Assembly (NCBI RefSeq): GCF_030144855.1
Contig: NC_082712.1
Coordinates: 11,346,001-11,410,000 of the forward strand
Direction of reading: 5' to 3'
Source: Hypanus sabinus
Taxonomy: Eukaryota
DNA: 64,000 bases
Shown here one piece after another: positions 61,121 through 64,000 of the stretch; position 1 is the first letter of the stretch; every line of letters begins with the position of its first letter. The notes under the pieces are model-generated. The model was not told the DNA's origin. It worked only from the letters and a program-made list of their open reading frames with translations, and did no database searches. The position numbers and the translations under genes are program-made.

Positions 61121-63569
61121 CGATGATCTTTGCATCATCAGTGGGGATGGAAGAGGTTCCGGAGTATTGGAGGGTTGCGGATGTTGTTCCTTTATTCAAG
61201 AAAGGGAGTAGAGATAGCCTGGGAAGTTATAGACCAGTGAGTCTTACCTCAGTTGTTGGAAAGCTGATGGAGAAGATCCTGAGAGGCAGGATTTATGTAC
61301 ATTTGGAGAGATATAATATGATTAGAAGTAGTCAGCATGGCTTTGTCAAGGACAGGTCTTGCTTTACGAGCCTGATTAGAATTTTTTGAGGATGTGACTA
61401 AACACATTTTTGCAGGAAGAGCAGTAGATGTAGTGTATATGGATTTCAGCAAGGCATTTGATAAGGTACCCATTGCAAGGCTTATTGAGAAAGTAAGGAG
61501 GCATGGGATCCAAGGGAACATTGCTTTGTGAATGGAGAATTGGCTTGCCCACAGAAAGCAAAGAGTGGTTCTAGACGGGTCATAATCTGCATGGAGGTCG
61601 ATGACAAGTGGTGTGCCTCGGGGATCTGCTCTGCGACCCCTACTCTTTGTGATTTTTATAAATGACCTGGATGAAGAATTGTAGGAATGGGTTAGTAAGT
61701 TTGCTGATGACACAAGGTTGGGTGTATTATGGATAGTGTGGAGGGCTGTTAGAGGCTACAGCAGGACATCAATAAAATGCAAAACTGGGCTGAGAAGTGG
61801 CAGATGTAGTTCAACCCAGATAAGTGTGAGGTGGTTCATTTTGGTAGGTCAAATATGATGGCGGAATATAGTATTAATGCTAAGACTCTTGGCAGTGTGG
61901 AGGATCAGAGGGATCTTGGGGTCTGAGTCCATAGGAAGCTCAAATCAGCTGCGCAGGTTGACTCTGTGGTTAAGAAGGCGTACGGTGTATTGGCCTTCAT
62001 CAATCATGGAATTGAATTGGAATTGAATTTTAATCATGAAATTGGATTAAAAGTAACATTAGCAAATTTGCTGATGACAGAAAGTTGGGTGGCAGTGTGA
62101 AATGTCAGGAAGATGTTATGAGAATGCAGGGTGACTTGGACAGGTTGGGTGAGTGGGCAAATGAATGGCAGATGCAGTTTAATGTGGATAAGTGTGAGGT
62201 TATCCACTTTGGTGGCAAGAACAGGAAGGCAGATTACTATCTAAATGGGGTCAAGTTAGGAAAAGGGGAAGCACAACGAGATCTAGGTGTTCTTGTACAT
62301 GAGTCAATGAAAGCAAGCATGCAGGTACAGCAGTCAGTGAAGAAAGCTAATGGCATACTGGCCTTTGTAACAAGAGGAATTGAGTATAGGAGTAAAGAGG
62401 TCCTTCTGCAGCTGTACAGGGCCCTGGTGAGACCCCACCTGGAGTGTTGTGTGCAGTTTTGGTCTCCAAATTTGAGGAAGGACATTCTTGCTATTGAGGG
62501 AGTGCAGCGTAGGTTCACAAGGTTAATTCCCGGAATGGCAGGACTGTGATATGTTGAATGATTGGAGCGACTGGGCTTGTATACACTGGAATTTAGAAGG
62601 ATGAGAGGGGATCTGATTGAAACATATAAGATTATTAAGGGATTGGACACACTGGAGGCAGGAAGTATGTTCCCACTGATGGGTGAGTCCAGAACTAGAG
62701 GCCACAGTTAAAGAATAAGGGGTAGACCTTTTAGAACTGAGATGTGGAAAAACTTTTTCACCCAGAAAGTGGTGGATATGTGGAATGCTCTGCCCCAGAA
62801 GGCAGTGGAGGCCAAGTCTCTGGATGCATTCAAGAGAGAGTTAAATAGAGCCTTTATAGATCTTATAGATAGGCAGGAATGGGGTACTGATTGTGTACGA
62901 TCAGCTATGATCACAGTGAATGGCGGAGCTGGCTATAAGTGCCGAATGGCCTACTCCTGCACCTATTGCCTATTTTCTAATGAATTTCGGAGCCGAGAGG
63001 TAATGTTGCAGCTATATAGGACCCTGGGGTCAGACCTCACTTGGAGTACTGTGCACAGTTCTGATCACCTCACTACAGGACGGATGTGGAAGCCATAGAA
63101 ATGCTGCAGCGGAGATTTATAAGATTCTTACCTGGATTGGGGAGCATGCCTTATGAGAATAGGTTGAGTGAACTCGGCCTTTTCTCCTTGGAGCGACGGA
63201 GGATGAGAGGTGACCTGATAGAGGTGTTTAAGATGATGAGAGGCATTGATCATGTGGATAGTCAGAGGCTTTTTCCCAGGGCTGAAATGGTTGTGACAAG
63301 AGGACACAGGTTTAAAGTGCTGGGGAGTAGGTACAGAGGAGATGTCAGGGGTAAGTTTTTTATTCAGAGAGTGGTGAGTGTGTGGAATGGGCTTCCGGCA
63401 ACGGTGGTGGAGGCAGATACAATAGGGTCTTTTAGGAGACTTTTAGATAGGTACACGGAGCTTAGTTGAATAGAGGGCTGCAGGCAAGTCGAGTAATTTC
63501 TGAGGTAGTGACATGTTCAGCACAACTTTGTGGGCTGAAGGGTCTGTATTGTGCTGTAGGACTTCTATT
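61121..63569 (+). mobile_element. Two nested CR1 fragments inside the Gypsy 5' LTR (outer ~61121-62025 and ~62982-63569; inner ~62044-62981)
   Basis: The inner copy ends in a cctattgcctatt tail at ~62975. The outer RT sequence resumes (gaatttcggagccgagaggtaatg) where it broke off at ~62010. The LTR resumes at 63570. Confidence 0.85.
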
Positions 63570-64000
63570 GAGTTAGGATGCAGACGTGGATGTGAACGCT
63601 GGACAGCAAACAGGAGGAACATTGATACGGAGCCTGGACACTGAGACTTGACACAGAGACTTGACTTGGAGATTTGACACAGAGACTTGACTCAGAGAGA
63701 CGGAGTCTCACAGGTAAACCTTGAAACTGGAGCTGAACTTAGAACAAATGGTTCTAAGCGGTTGGGAAACGTTCGTTATCACACAGGAAAAAGACCAACG
63801 ATCTGGCAACTGGGGTTTGTAACACCGGGGTTCTTATACTGCAGGTCCTGATGGAAACCAGGTGTGCCGTCATCAAAGAAAATTAGAAGCAATTGAGCAA
63901 TTAACGGTCAGAACCATGGAACAATCAAAGAAAATTAGAGGAAACTAGGGAATAAACGATCAGGACAGTGACAATTCTTGGACAACTACCACGACTTCAG

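Larger units (their letters stand above)
56341..63973 (-). mobile_element. Full-length, decayed chromodomain Ty3/Gypsy (Sushi-like) LTR retrotransposon
   Basis: LTRs at 56341-56759 and 61065-63973 (the latter split by CR1s). Exact 5-bp TSD ATTCT (56336-56340 and 63974-63978). PPT GGGGAGGGGAGG at 56763-56774 on the minus strand. Confidence 0.93.

Overview
Vertebrate genomic DNA, most likely a cartilaginous fish (ray/shark; inferred from the mix of esterase-bearing CR1 LINEs, L2/Rex1, L1, RTE, Penelope-like and Gypsy elements). Most of the window is transposon-derived or tandem repeat, and nearly all ORFs in the track are TE fragments or repeat artefacts. The host-gene signal is a + strand immunoglobulin-superfamily locus. 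It has a candidate promoter (octamer and ETS/PU.1 motifs) and a 61-nt signal-peptide exon (17299-17359). These are followed by a Siglec-15-like V-set exon with the sialic-acid-binding arginine (31158-31541) and three tandemly duplicated, intact, leaderless V-set exon cassettes (39017-39406, 41991-42371, 53375-53755). The three cassettes lack that arginine and differ mainly in CDR-like loops, mostly by replacement changes. All V exons are phase 1-1. No C2-set, transmembrane or cytoplasmic exon was found, so the gene probably continues beyond the window. Other notable items: a Penelope-like element with a 557-aa RT+GIY-YIG ORF and minimal hammerhead ribozyme motifs, a decayed full-length chromodomain Gypsy element with a 5-bp TSD and nested CR1s, an internally deleted LTR element with an empty paralogous site, a near full-length CR1, a solo LTR, and several minisatellites. 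TE boundaries are approximate unless a TSD is cited. No database searches were run.
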